Below, piece after piece: positions 1 through 8,989 of a stretch of 44,570 nt of DNA (the first letter of the stretch is position 1; each line of letters opens with the position of its first letter). The position numbers and the translations under genes were made by a program. This stretch comes from Oscillibacter sp. (GTDB taxonomy: Bacteria > Bacillota > Clostridia > Oscillospirales > Oscillospiraceae): the NCBI RefSeq assembly GCF_009773995.1, contig NZ_VSMY01000002.1; one strand, given 5' to 3'. The notes beneath the pieces were generated by a model. It was not told the DNA's origin. It saw nothing but the letters and a program-made list of their open reading frames with translations, and searched no databases.

Positions 1-248
1 GTGGTAGTGCTACCGCCCTGGACGTGGCTTTGGACTCCGCTGCCGCCGCGGCCCTGGTGTGCTCCGATACCACCAACGTGGCTAGTACTCCCACTAACCG
101 GAAGATCACCTTCAGCAAGGGTGTTGCGGATACAAAGCTGGCCAAGGATGCGACCATCACCTACACGTTGACTGTTGGTACTGCTCACATTGCGACCGGT
201 GCGGCTGCGATTACCACTCCGACCGTCACGGTTACTGCGGCTAACTGA
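1..248 (+). CDS. 3' end of an Ala/Thr/Val-rich protein, possibly an S-layer or other abundant surface protein (partial)
   Basis: Frame open from position 3 to TGA at 246-248 (...TITYTLTVGTAHIATGAAAITTPTVTVTAAN*). It uses many T-ending codons (gct/act/ggt), unlike neighbouring genes, and is followed by a strong terminator. Confidence 0.6.
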   Translation, partial: GSATALDVALDSAAAAALVCSDTTNVASTPTNRKITFSKGVADTKLAKDATITYTLTVGTAHIATGAAAITTPTVTVTAAN

Positions 249-284
249 TTACCCAGCATAAATCTAAGCAATCCCACACACAGA

Positions 285-318
285 GAAGGACCCGCCCCGC
301 CTGGGGCGGGTCCTTTTC
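285..318 (+). terminator. Rho-independent terminator
   Basis: GAAGGACCCGCCCC-gcct-GGGGCGGGTCCTTTTC hairpin with T tract. Confidence 0.85.
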
Positions 319-392
319 GGATGGAAGGGGAGCGGGAAGAAAAATTTCTCTTGCGTATCCCGGCGGGGCGAAGGAACTTCCGCAAGTCATAC

Positions 393-421
393 GTGACAAA
401 CGCTCACAAATGTGCTATGAT
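393..421 (+). promoter_or_regulatory. sigma-A promoter for the hybrid kinase
   Basis: GTGACA-N17-TATGAT with extended -10 TG. Confidence 0.55.
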
Positions 422-451
422 AAGGAAAAACCCGGAAAGGAGGCTTGCCCT

Positions 452-2584
452 GTGATTGAAAACCACGGCCTAATTGAATATCTCCTGCGCAGCGGCGGGG
501 ACCTCTCGGACCGGGAGAGCCTCACCGCCCGGCAGATTAAGCGCTTTACCGACGAAATGCCCGGCGGATTTTTCATCTACCGGGACGACAACGATCAGAT
601 TCTCTATGTCAATCTCGCCGTGCTCCAGATGTTTGGCTGCGAGACGGAGGAGGAGTTCCGGGCTCTCACAGGCGGGACCTTCCGGGGCATGGTCCATCCC
701 GACGACCGGGAGAACGTGGAAGTCAGCATCCGGGAGCAGATATCCCAGAACAGCTTCGACCTGGACTATGTGGAGTACCGCATTATCCGGAAGGACGGGT
801 CCGTCTGCTGGGTGGAGGACTTCGGCCACTTTATCGAGACGGAGAACCTGGGGGGCGTGTTTTACGTCTTCTTGGCGGACATCACGGAGCGGCACCGCCG
901 CCGGGCGGCGGAACGGGCCGCCATACTGGAGGAAAAGCTCCAGAAGGAGCGGGAGCTTCAGGAGCAGGCGGAACAGACTCTGGATTTCCTGGAGCAGATG
1001 AACGACGAGCTGGTCCGCCGCCTGGAGCTGATTGAGGGCCTGAGCGCGGACTACGAGGTGGTGTTCCACGCGGATTTGGAGGAGGACGTCATTCAGCCCT
1101 ACCGGGTCAGCAGCCGGGAGTGCTTTCAATTTGGCCGGGATCTGCAGGTCCGGCCCTTCCGGGACTTTGCCGGGGACTATGTCCGGCGCTGGGTCCATCC
1201 GGAGGACCGGGAGCGGTTCAGCCGGGAGGTGGACCCCGCCTATATCCGGACGGCCCTGAGGGATCAGAAATCCTATCATGTCAATTACCGCGTCCTTCAC
1301 CAGGGAGAGGCGGAGTATGTCCAGGCCTTCGTCGTCAACGTCAGCCCGGATGGGGAAGCGACTCAGATTATGTTCGCCTGCCGCACGGTGGATGAGGAGG
1401 TCCGCCGGGAGCGGGAGCGCACCGCCATTCTGGAGGCGGCTCTGGCCCAGGCGAAGCTGGCGGGAGACGCCCGGAATACCTTCCTGTCCAATATCTCTCA
1501 CGACATGCGCACGCCCATGAACGCCATTGTGGGCTTCACCGAGCTGGCGAAGCGCCACCTGGGCCAGCCGGAGCGGCTGAAACGGGAGCTGGAGCGGATT
1601 GAAGCGTCCAGCGCCCAGCTGCTGGGGCTTTTGAACAACGTGCTGGAGCTGAGCTGGCTGGAATCCGGCCAGATTCACATTGAGGAGGTCCCCTGCACCC
1701 TGCCGGAGCTGGCCCGGGAGGTGTGGGGAGAGGTGCTTCCCCGGGCGAAGGAGCGGGGCGTGGAGCTGGTCCTCTCCGCCCCGGAGACGGAGCATCCCAA
1801 GGTCTGGTGCGACCGCCAAAAGCTCCGCCAGTCCCTGGAGCGCCTGGCCATGGGGGCGGTGCGCCGGGCGGAGCCCGGCGGGCGGGTGGAGCTGTCCCTC
1901 CGGGAGCGGAGCGCCACCCGGGCCTATGGGTCCTATCACTTTGCCGCCCGCTGCTCCAAGACGGCGCGCCCCCTGAACGACCAGGTGTTTGCCGCCTTTG
2001 CCCGCCGGGAAATCACCGCCGCTTCCGACGCGGCGGGCGCGGACCTGGGCCTGCCCATTGCGAAGCATGTCATGGAGCTGCTGGGGGGTACGGTGGAGGC
2101 CCAGGCCCTGCCGGACGGCGGAGGGCTGCTGACCGCGTCGCTGAACCTGCGCTTGCAGGAAGAGGCGGCCGCCCAGGCCGTCTTGTCCCCGGAGGGGGAG
2201 CGCCGGGTCCTGGTGGTGGAGGACAACGAGCTGAACCGGGAGATTGCCGTGGACCTCTTGGAGGAGGCGGGCTTCCTGGTGGATACCGCCGGGGACGGCG
2301 CGGAGGCCGTGGAGAAGGTGAAGAACTCCTGCCCCGGCCATTACGCCCTGGTGCTGATGGACCTCCGGATGCCGGTGATGGACGGCCACAGCGCCGCCCG
2401 GGCCATCCGGGCCCTGGAGAATCCCGGCCTGGCCAATGTCCCCATTGTGGCCCTGTCCGCCAATACGTTTGACGAGGACCGGAAGCAGTCCGCCGAGAGC
2501 GGCATGAACGCCCACCTGGCCAAGCCCTTGGATATCGACCGTCTGCTGGAGGTGATTTCCGGCATAACGGGGGATAAAGCGTAA
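452..2584 (+). CDS. PAS-domain hybrid sensor histidine kinase/response regulator with a degenerate ATP-binding domain
   Basis: GTG start after GGAAAGGAGG. Two PAS-like segments (VHPDD, VHPED), H-box SHDMRTPMN, C-terminal receiver (VVEDN...LMDLRMP...HLAKP). The N and G1 boxes are not recognisable. Confidence 0.85.
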   Translation: MIENHGLIEYLLRSGGDLSDRESLTARQIKRFTDEMPGGFFIYRDDNDQILYVNLAVLQMFGCETEEEFRALTGGTFRGMVHPDDRENVEVSIREQISQNSFDLDYVEYRIIRKDGSVCWVEDFGHFIETENLGGVFYVFLADITERHRRRAAERAAILEEKLQKERELQEQAEQTLDFLEQMNDELVRRLELIEGLSADYEVVFHADLEEDVIQPYRVSSRECFQFGRDLQVRPFRDFAGDYVRRWVHPEDRERFSREVDPAYIRTALRDQKSYHVNYRVLHQGEAEYVQAFVVNVSPDGEATQIMFACRTVDEEVRRERERTAILEAALAQAKLAGDARNTFLSNISHDMRTPMNAIVGFTELAKRHLGQPERLKRELERIEASSAQLLGLLNNVLELSWLESGQIHIEEVPCTLPELAREVWGEVLPRAKERGVELVLSAPETEHPKVWCDRQKLRQSLERLAMGAVRRAEPGGRVELSLRERSATRAYGSYHFAARCSKTARPLNDQVFAAFARREITAASDAAGADLGLPIAKHVMELLGGTVEAQALPDGGGLLTASLNLRLQEEAAAQAVLSPEGERRVLVVEDNELNREIAVDLLEEAGFLVDTAGDGAEAVEKVKNSCPGHYALVLMDLRMPVMDGHSAARAIRALENPGLANVPIVALSANTFDEDRKQSAESGMNAHLAKPLDIDRLLEVISGITGDKA

Positions 2585-2618
2585 AAAAACCACCGTGAAC
2601 AATCACGGTGGTTTTTTT
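2583..2618. terminator. Bidirectional terminator between convergent genes
   Basis: AAAAAAACCACCGTG-aacaat-CACGGTGGTTTTTTT. Confidence 0.85.
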
Positions 2619-3394
2619 CCTCCCCGCCAGGGTGCGAACAAGCGGGGCGCGATGTCCCGAACCTCCGGCCACATGAGGAAGGCGGCCTGGAAACCCATGC
2701 CCGCTCCCAGGCGGAGCTTTTGGTTCAAGGTGTCCGCGTCGTCGAAGAGGACGAAGTGGGCCTCTCCGTCCCGGTTGTAGGTGAAGTACCGGGCGCAGAG
2801 GTCCTGGGAGAAAAAGACGGCGGGATTTTCCCGCCCCATCAGCGCCGCCAGCGCTTCCCCGGTCAGGGGTTCTCCCTCTCCGGACCGGGCGGGGAGGCGG
2901 AAGTCCATGCGGAGCCGCTGCACGTCCAGGGCCAGCCGCCCCGCGCCCCCGGCCTGGGCCACGGCCTCCTGAAGGTATTGAGAGAAGCTTCCGCCGGAGA
3001 CGGCGGTGCAGAGAAGCACCGCCGCGCCGGGGGCGGCCCCGGCGTAGCCCTCGGGGAGGAACAGCGCCCGCCGGGAGGAGGAGAGCGCCGGGGCCAGGGC
3101 GGAGACAAAGGCCGTCCGGTCCCGCCGGGGGGCCTCCTCGAAGTCCAGCAGCACGCCGGAGTAGCCCCGCCGCCCGCACTCCCGCAGCACCGCGTCCCGC
3201 AGGTCCTCCGGGCTGTCGATGAAGGGGGCCTGGCGGTCGCTGACGGATAGAAGGCCCCCCTTGGTCTGCAAAAGAAGGCTCTGCCGCAGCAGCGCCGAGC
3301 CGGGGCCGATTCGATAGGCCACGTGGGCCAGATTCCGGCAGTGGCCCCGGGCCTCCTGCGTCTCTTCCGGCGTCACGGCCAGATAGATTTGCAA
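2603..3394 (-). CDS. GH18-like glycoside hydrolase fold protein (spore YaaH/SleL/YdhD-like, no LysM)
   Basis: GYSGVLLDFE resembles the GH18 DxxDxDxE motif. C-terminal YFTY...FDDADTLNQKL...W matches the YaaH-type pattern. TTG start after GGGGGAG; sigma-E-like promoter upstream. Confidence 0.6.
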   Translation of the reverse strand: MQIYLAVTPEETQEARGHCRNLAHVAYRIGPGSALLRQSLLLQTKGGLLSVSDRQAPFIDSPEDLRDAVLRECGRRGYSGVLLDFEEAPRRDRTAFVSALAPALSSSRRALFLPEGYAGAAPGAAVLLCTAVSGGSFSQYLQEAVAQAGGAGRLALDVQRLRMDFRLPARSGEGEPLTGEALAALMGRENPAVFFSQDLCARYFTYNRDGEAHFVLFDDADTLNQKLRLGAGMGFQAAFLMWPEVRDIAPRLFAPWRGGKKPP

Positions 3395-3407
3395 ATTTCA
3401 CTCCCCC

Positions 3408-3436
3408 TTGCGCTGAGGCTTGAAAGCTGGTATACT
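3408..3436 (+). promoter_or_regulatory. sigma-A promoter for yqeG
   Basis: TTGCGC-N17-TATACT with extended TG. Confidence 0.6.
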
Positions 3437-3453
3437 GGAAATGACTTCAAGAG

Positions 3454-3482
3454 ATTCTATGCGAGGAGGCCGCCGCCTATGC
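3454..3482 (-). promoter_or_regulatory. Sporulation sigma-E-like promoter for the GH18-like gene
   Basis: Minus strand GCATAGG-N14-CATAGAAT, matching the sigma-E consensus (-35 CATA, -10 CATAcaaT). Confidence 0.55.
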
Positions 3483-3991
3483 CCCTTTCCCTGGTCCCCA
3501 GCCGCCTGTTCGGGTGCTATCGGGAGATTACGCCGGAGCTCCTCCGCCGGGCGGGCGTGACCCTGCTCCTCAGCGACCTGGACTTCACCCTGGCCCCCAA
3601 GTCCGTCCGCCGCCCGGATCCGGCCCTCCGGGCCTGGATTGCGGAGCTGAAGGCCGCGGGAATCCAGGTGATGATTGTTTCCAACAACCGCTCCGGCACC
3701 AGGGTGACGGAGTTCTGCGCGGATTTGGGGATCCCCTATCAGGGCCATGCCGGAAAGCCCTCCACCAAGGGGCTGGAGGCCGCCATGGTCCGGGACGGGA
3801 CGGACCGGGCCCATACCGCCATGCTGGGCGACAAGCTGCTGACGGATATGCTGGCGGCGAACCGGGCCGGCGTGCTGGCGCTGATGGTGGAGCCCCTGGG
3901 CGGGGCCGTAACGCCCTGGCAGAAGGTGCTCCACGCCCTCCAGGCCCCCTTCAAGGCCGTCTGCCGCCGCCGGGAGGAGAGACGGAGATAG
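3479..3991 (+). CDS. yqeG: YqeG family HAD subfamily IIIA phosphatase
   Basis: DLDFTL motif I, VSNN, KP and GDKLLTD motifs; ATG after GAGGAGG. Confidence 0.85.
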   Translation: MPLSLVPSRLFGCYREITPELLRRAGVTLLLSDLDFTLAPKSVRRPDPALRAWIAELKAAGIQVMIVSNNRSGTRVTEFCADLGIPYQGHAGKPSTKGLEAAMVRDGTDRAHTAMLGDKLLTDMLAANRAGVLALMVEPLGGAVTPWQKVLHALQAPFKAVCRRREERRR

Positions 3992-4042
3992 GGGCCGCTT
4001 AAAATATTTTTGCATGCTCCCGGACAATTGGAGGAAAAATAC

Positions 4043-4071
4043 TTGCAATCACGGCCTGGATGGGATAAAAT
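4043..4071 (+). promoter_or_regulatory. sigma-A promoter for efp
   Basis: TTGCAA-N17-TAAAAT. Confidence 0.65.
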
Positions 4072-4164
4072 AGCTACGGCTATAATGGAAGAACCATGGA
4101 AAGAGAGAAAATGCCCTCTCACGGGTCGTTTTCTCGGATAAAGATTTGTGAGGAGGATTTTATT

Positions 4165-4734
4165 ATGCCGACAATTTCCGCGGGCGAGTTTCGCAAGGGA
4201 ATGATTTTCGAGATGGAAGGCAAGCCCATGCTGGTGGTGGACTTCCAGCACGTAAAGCCCGGCAAGGGCGCGGCGTTCGTGCGCACCAAGTATAAAAACG
4301 TCATCACCGGGGCCATCCGGGAGGAGTCCTTCAACCCCACCGCCAAATTCGAGCAGGCCAGCGTGGAGCGCAAGGACGCCGAATACAGCTACAACGACGG
4401 CGACCTGTATTACTTCATGGACCCGGAGACCTACGACATGTCCCCCCTGAACCGGGACGTGCTGGGCGAGGCGTTCAAATTCATGAAGGAGAATACCGTC
4501 TGCAAGCTGGTGAGCTACAAGGGCAGCGTCTTCACCGTGGAGGTTCCCAACTTCATGGATCTGGAGGTCACGGAGACCGAGCCCGGCGTCAAGGGAGACA
4601 CCGCCACCAACGTCACGAAAAAGGCCACTCTGGAGACCGGCGCGGTCATCCAGGTGCCCCTGTTCATCAACGAGGGCGAGAAGATCCAGGTGGACACCCG
4701 CACCGGCGAATATTTAGGGCGCTGCAAAGAGTGA
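4165..4734 (+). CDS. efp: Translation elongation factor P
   Basis: [53 protein letters not shown]. Confidence 0.97.
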   Translation: MPTISAGEFRKGMIFEMEGKPMLVVDFQHVKPGKGAAFVRTKYKNVITGAIREESFNPTAKFEQASVERKDAEYSYNDGDLYYFMDPETYDMSPLNRDVLGEAFKFMKENTVCKLVSYKGSVFTVEVPNFMDLEVTETEPGVKGDTATNVTKKATLETGAVIQVPLFINEGEKIQVDTRTGEYLGRCKE

Positions 4735-4813
4735 GATTGCTCAAAGGGGGGATTTGATCCCCCCTTTGGATTCCCTGTAAAACCATATTTTTTGTGATAA
4801 GGAGGTTTTATTT

Positions 4814-5236
4814 ATGAGCATCACTGAGAAGGTCGCGTATCTGAAAGGCCTGGCGGAGGGCATGGACCTGGACACCGAAAAGAAGGAGGGCAAGCTCCTG
4901 GCCGCCATCATCGACGTGCTGGAGGATATTGCCCTGGAGCTGGCCGACCTTGAGGACGCCCAGGAAGAGCTGGGAGAAGGCCTGGACGCCGTCAGCGACG
5001 ATCTGGAGGATGTGGAGGACCTGCTCTACGGCGAGGAAGACGAAGACGAGTACGAGCTGGACGACCTGGAAGACGACGAGGACTGCTACGCCACCACCTG
5101 CCCCGTCTGCGAGGAGACCATCTACTTCGACGAGTCCGTCTTGGAGGACGGAGAGGTCATCTGCCCCAACTGCGGCGAAAAGCTGGAGTTTGATCGGAAG
5201 AGCCTAGAGGAGGAAGAAGAGGAAGAGGGGGAATAA
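4814..5236 (+). CDS. Acidic zinc-ribbon protein (CD1247-like) commonly found after clostridial efp
   Basis: EKVAYLKGLAEG N-terminus, acidic coiled segment, CPVC...CPNC; strong RBS. Confidence 0.8.
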   Translation: MSITEKVAYLKGLAEGMDLDTEKKEGKLLAAIIDVLEDIALELADLEDAQEELGEGLDAVSDDLEDVEDLLYGEEDEDEYELDDLEDDEDCYATTCPVCEETIYFDESVLEDGEVICPNCGEKLEFDRKSLEEEEEEEGE

Positions 5237-5249
5237 CCCCTTTGGCCGT

Positions 5250-5280
5250 GAAAGCCGGACGCGAAAGCGTCCGGCTTTTC
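5250..5280 (+). terminator. Rho-independent terminator
   Basis: GAAAGCCGGACGC-gaaa-GCGTCCGGCTTTTC. Confidence 0.8.
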
Positions 5281-5300
5281 GCCGCGCCGGAAAAGACGTA

Positions 5301-5329
5301 TTGCCAAATTCCCGCCGCCGCGGTATACT
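5301..5329 (+). promoter_or_regulatory. sigma-A promoter for the MATE gene
   Basis: TTGCCA-N17-TATACT. Confidence 0.65.
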
Positions 5330-5362
5330 GAGTGGAGCGAGAGCATCCAAAGGAGAAGTTCC

Positions 5363-6745
5363 ATGATTAAGGAAAAGACCTTCTACCGCGCCTTCTTCGC
5401 ACTGACGCTGTCCCTGGCTTTGCAGAATCTGCTGACCTTTGGGGTAAACCTGATGGACACCGTCATGCTGGGCCGCTACAGCCAGGAGGCCATGAGCGGC
5501 GTGAGCCTGTGCAACCAGATCCAGTTCCTGCTCCAGATGCTGGTGGGCGGCGCGGGGGAGGGAGCCGTGGTGCTGGGGTCCCAGTACTGGGGCAGAAATA
5601 AGCTGGAGCCCATTCCCCACATCATCGGCGTAGCCCTGCGGTTTGGGGCGGTCCTCTCGGCCCTGCTGTTCGGGGCGGTGCTGCTGTTTCCCAAGGCGCT
5701 GCTGGGCCTTTTAAGCAGCGACGCCGGGGTCATCGCCCAGGGGGCGGCCTACTTCCGGATCATCTGCTTTTCCTACGTCATTTTCACCGTCACCAACATC
5801 CTGGTGGCCTCCCTCCGGTCCATCGGCGTGGTGAAGATCGGCTATGCCATCTCCTTCTCCACCCTGTGCATCAACGTCACGCTGAACTACCTGCTGATCT
5901 ACGGGAATTTCGGCTGCCCGGAGCTGGGGGTCCGGGGGGCGGCCATCGCCACCCTGGTCTCCCGCTGCGTGGAGCTGCTGATTGTGGTCTACTACTTAAA
6001 GTACCGGGAGAAGAAGCTGAACCTGACCCTGCGGAAGCTCCTTTTCATTGACGCCAGCTATTTGAAGGACTACAACCAGGTCTCCGCCCCGGTGCTGGTG
6101 AACCAGGCCCTCTGGGGCGTGGCCCAGATGGTGCAGACCGGCATCCTGGGCCACCTGGGGGGCGACGTGACGGCGGCCAACGCCATCGCCGTCCAGGTCT
6201 ATCAGGTCCTCTCCGTGGTGGCCTACGGCGCGGCCTCCGCCTCCGGCGTCGTGGTGGGGCGGAGCATCGGAGAGGGGAAGAAGGACGGACTCCGGCCCCT
6301 GGTAACCACGCTTCAGGCTCTGTTCATTGTCATCGGCCTGGCCTCCGGCGCACTGATCTTCCTGGCCCGGAATCCCATTCTAGCAATCTTCGGCGGCAAG
6401 CTGACGGCCCGGGCCCGGAGTCTGGCCCTCCGGTTTATGGCGGTTATCGCCGTCACCACCGTGGGCACCTCCTACCAAATGGCCTGTGACACGGGCATTA
6501 TCCGGGGCGGGGGGGACACGGCCTTCAGCGCCAAGATGAACCTTATCAGCATGTGGGGCGTCGTGGTGCCCTTCTCCGCCCTGGCGGCGTTTTGGTGGAA
6601 GAGCCCCCCGGAGGTGGTGTTCTTCCTTTTGAAATGGGATCAGATCTATAAAATCATTCCCGTGGCCCTCCGGCTCCACAGCTGGAAGTGGGTACGGAGC
6701 GTCACCCGGCCCGACGGGGCGGAAAAGGAGGAACCCTATGTCTAA
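5363..6745 (+). CDS. MATE family efflux transporter
   Basis: 460 aa, about 12 hydrophobic segments; DTVMLG, LIYGNFGCPELGVRGAAIAT, RGGGDT motifs. Confidence 0.92.
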   Translation: MIKEKTFYRAFFALTLSLALQNLLTFGVNLMDTVMLGRYSQEAMSGVSLCNQIQFLLQMLVGGAGEGAVVLGSQYWGRNKLEPIPHIIGVALRFGAVLSALLFGAVLLFPKALLGLLSSDAGVIAQGAAYFRIICFSYVIFTVTNILVASLRSIGVVKIGYAISFSTLCINVTLNYLLIYGNFGCPELGVRGAAIATLVSRCVELLIVVYYLKYREKKLNLTLRKLLFIDASYLKDYNQVSAPVLVNQALWGVAQMVQTGILGHLGGDVTAANAIAVQVYQVLSVVAYGAASASGVVVGRSIGEGKKDGLRPLVTTLQALFIVIGLASGALIFLARNPILAIFGGKLTARARSLALRFMAVIAVTTVGTSYQMACDTGIIRGGGDTAFSAKMNLISMWGVVVPFSALAAFWWKSPPEVVFFLLKWDQIYKIIPVALRLHSWKWVRSVTRPDGAEKEEPYV

Positions 6746-7046
6746 GCCCAAGGAACCCAAGAAGCCCTTCAACCCCAGAGTCCGCGCCAACGTCTATGCC
6801 CTGGCGGCGCTGTACCTGGTCTATCTCTTCTACCAGATCGCCAAGCCCTACCTGACCCGCGACCCCTATGGTCCCACCACGTTCCAGTTCACCCTGGGCG
6901 CGGCGGTTCTGGGCGGCGGTGCGGCGGTTCTGGGCTTCCTGGCCTGGAAGATGTTCAAGGCCCCCCTGCCGGAAGAATTGCGGGAGCCGGAGGAAGAAGA
7001 CCCTGCCCTCCTGGAGGAAGCCGGGGAGGACGAAGGGGAGGACTGA
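6738..7046 (+). CDS. Small two-TM membrane protein with acidic tail
   Basis: RBS AAGGAGG, start overlaps the MATE 3' end, two hydrophobic helices. Confidence 0.75.
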   Translation: MSKPKEPKKPFNPRVRANVYALAALYLVYLFYQIAKPYLTRDPYGPTTFQFTLGAAVLGGGAAVLGFLAWKMFKAPLPEELREPEEEDPALLEEAGEDEGED

Positions 7047-7053
7047 GCCCATC

Positions 7054-7092
7054 AAAAAGCGGGCCCCGTGGAAAACGGGTCCCGCTCTTTTT
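7054..7092. terminator. Bidirectional terminator
   Basis: AAAAAGCGGG-CCCCGT...ACGGGT-CCCGCTCTTTTT between convergent genes. Confidence 0.7.
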
Positions 7093-7097
7093 CGTTG

Positions 7098-8009
7098 TTA
7101 AGCCCCCGTCCCGGCCGGGAACCGTTCTTGGAGCAGCCGCCCCATGTCCTCCGGCAGGGGGGCGGAGACCTCCACCAGCTTCCCGGTAACGGGGTGCGCC
7201 AGTGTCAGCTTATAGGAATGCAGGGCGGGCCGGGGAATGAGCCCCGGATCCTCCGTGCCATAGAGCCAGTCCCCCGCCAGGGGACAGCCCAAGGAGGCCA
7301 TGTGGACCCGGAGCTGGTGGGTCCGCCCGGTCTCGGGCCGGAGAGCCAGGAGGCTGAGGCCCTCCCCCTTGGCCAGTACCGCGTAATGGGACACGGCGGG
7401 GGCTCCATCCGCTCGGACGCGCCTGGCCACCACGGAGCTTTCGTCCCGTCCGATGGGTGCGTCCACGGTCCCCCGCTCCGGCATGGGACAGCCCAGGCAG
7501 ATTGCCCGGTACTCCCGCCGGAAGGACTCCGTGTGCAGGGCCCGCCGGAGCAGGTCGTGGACGTAGCCGCTCTTGGCGACGACCATCAGCCCGGTGGTGC
7601 CCTTGTCCAGGCGGTTCACGGGGTGGAAAATGAAATCCGCCCCCCGCTCCCAGGCCAGGGCCCCCGCCACCGTGGGGGTGCCGGGGAGGAAGTTGGAGGC
7701 GTGGGCCGTCATGCCCGCGGGCTTGTCCACAATCAGCAGATGCTCGTCCTCCCAGACCACCGGCAGGGGCCAGGGCCCCGGCGTGACGGCGCTCTTCGGC
7801 GGGCGGCGGTCCTCCGTCTCCACCGCCAGCACGTCCCCGGCCCGGAGGATATGGGGCGTGTGGACGGGGACGCCGTTGACGAAGATGCAGTCCCCTCCGT
7901 GGGCCAGCCGGGAGACGGCGTGGGCGGAAAAGTGGAGCTTGGCCCGGAGGATGTGCCGCACCGCAGCCCCGTCCTCCTCCGGGAGGACGACCCTGGTAAC
8001 GACCGCCAT
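7098..8009 (-). CDS. RluA/RluD family pseudouridine synthase
   Basis: VDKPAG, NRLDKGTTG (catalytic Asp), TGRTHQLRVH, LHSY. ATG overlaps the kinase stop (TGATG). Confidence 0.92.
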   Translation of the reverse strand: MAVVTRVVLPEEDGAAVRHILRAKLHFSAHAVSRLAHGGDCIFVNGVPVHTPHILRAGDVLAVETEDRRPPKSAVTPGPWPLPVVWEDEHLLIVDKPAGMTAHASNFLPGTPTVAGALAWERGADFIFHPVNRLDKGTTGLMVVAKSGYVHDLLRRALHTESFRREYRAICLGCPMPERGTVDAPIGRDESSVVARRVRADGAPAVSHYAVLAKGEGLSLLALRPETGRTHQLRVHMASLGCPLAGDWLYGTEDPGLIPRPALHSYKLTLAHPVTGKLVEVSAPLPEDMGRLLQERFPAGTGA

Positions 8010-8989
8010 CACTCCACCTTCTTCCGATCTCTGGAGAGGTCCAGGCGCACCAGCGTCCCCTGGCCTGGCCGGGAGGCGATGGAGATATCGTGTCCCAGAC
8101 GGTCCAGCACCTGGCGGCAGAGGTAGAGCCCGATGCCCGTGGACTTCTTGTCCTCCCGGCCGTTGAAGCCGGTGAAGCCCTTCTCGAAGACCCGTGGCAG
8201 GTCCTCGGGGCGGATGCCGATGCCGCTGTCGGCGATGACCAGGGTGTCCCCGTCCCCGTAGACGCGGACCCGGCCCCCTTCCGGGGTGTACTTCACGGCG
8301 TTGGACAGCAGCTGCTCGATGACGAAGGCCAGCCACTTCTCGTCCGTCAGCACCGTCCTCCCCGTCTCCTGGAGGTCCAGGGATATCCGTTTCAAAATGA
8401 AGAGCCGGGCGTACTTCCGCACGGACTGGCGGAGCAGAGCGTCCAGCTCGCAGTCCCGGAAGACATAGTCCGTGGACGCGCTGCCCAGGCGGAGGTAGCC
8501 CAGGACCATCTCCACGTACTGCTCGATTTTCAAGAGCTCCCCCTCCAGCTCCGGGTGGGGCTCCTCCTGGAGGAGGAGCCCCATGGCGGCGATGGGAGTC
8601 TTGATCTGGTGGGCCCAGAGGGTGTAGTAGTCCGTCATGTCCTGGAGCCGGTTCCGGTCCTCCAGGGCCAGGGCGGCCCGCTCGGAGGCCAGGGCCTGGC
8701 ACAGGGCCTGGTAGTCCTCCTCCAGCAGTCCGCCGGGGGGCGGCAGGGGGAGGACTTTCTCCCGAACCTGGACCAGGAGGCGCTCCAGCTCCCGGTGCCG
8801 CCGGAGGAACTGGACGTAGCCCACGGCAAACAGAACCAGCCCCAGGGCGAGGCACAGGACAAAGGCGTAGCCCACCGACTCCAGGGGCAGGCCGTAGAGA
8901 TAGAACACGGCGGAGCAGACGCCTAGGCACCCCGCCAGGAGGAAGAGCAGCTTCCAGTGCCGCCGGAGATACGCGCCCAGGACCCTCAT
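8009..8989 (-). CDS. BceS/GraS-like intramembrane-sensing histidine kinase
   Basis: Two close TM helices, WAHQIKTP H-box, DEKWLAFVIEQLLSNAVKY, FEKGFTG, STGIGLY. Confidence 0.9.
   Translation of the reverse strand: MRVLGAYLRRHWKLLFLLAGCLGVCSAVFYLYGLPLESVGYAFVLCLALGLVLFAVGYVQFLRRHRELERLLVQVREKVLPLPPPGGLLEEDYQALCQALASERAALALEDRNRLQDMTDYYTLWAHQIKTPIAAMGLLLQEEPHPELEGELLKIEQYVEMVLGYLRLGSASTDYVFRDCELDALLRQSVRKYARLFILKRISLDLQETGRTVLTDEKWLAFVIEQLLSNAVKYTPEGGRVRVYGDGDTLVIADSGIGIRPEDLPRVFEKGFTGFNGREDKKSTGIGLYLCRQVLDRLGHDISIASRPGQGTLVRLDLSRDRKKVE

Noticed and set aside
392..409. CRP/FNR-like GTGA-N7-TCAC palindrome at the kinase promoter
   Set aside because: Spacing is off by one from the N6 consensus and the match is too short to support.
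4742..4768. Hairpin between efp and the CD1247-like gene as a terminator
   Set aside because: It has no U tract and is more likely an mRNA-stabilising or processing stem. Not distinctive.
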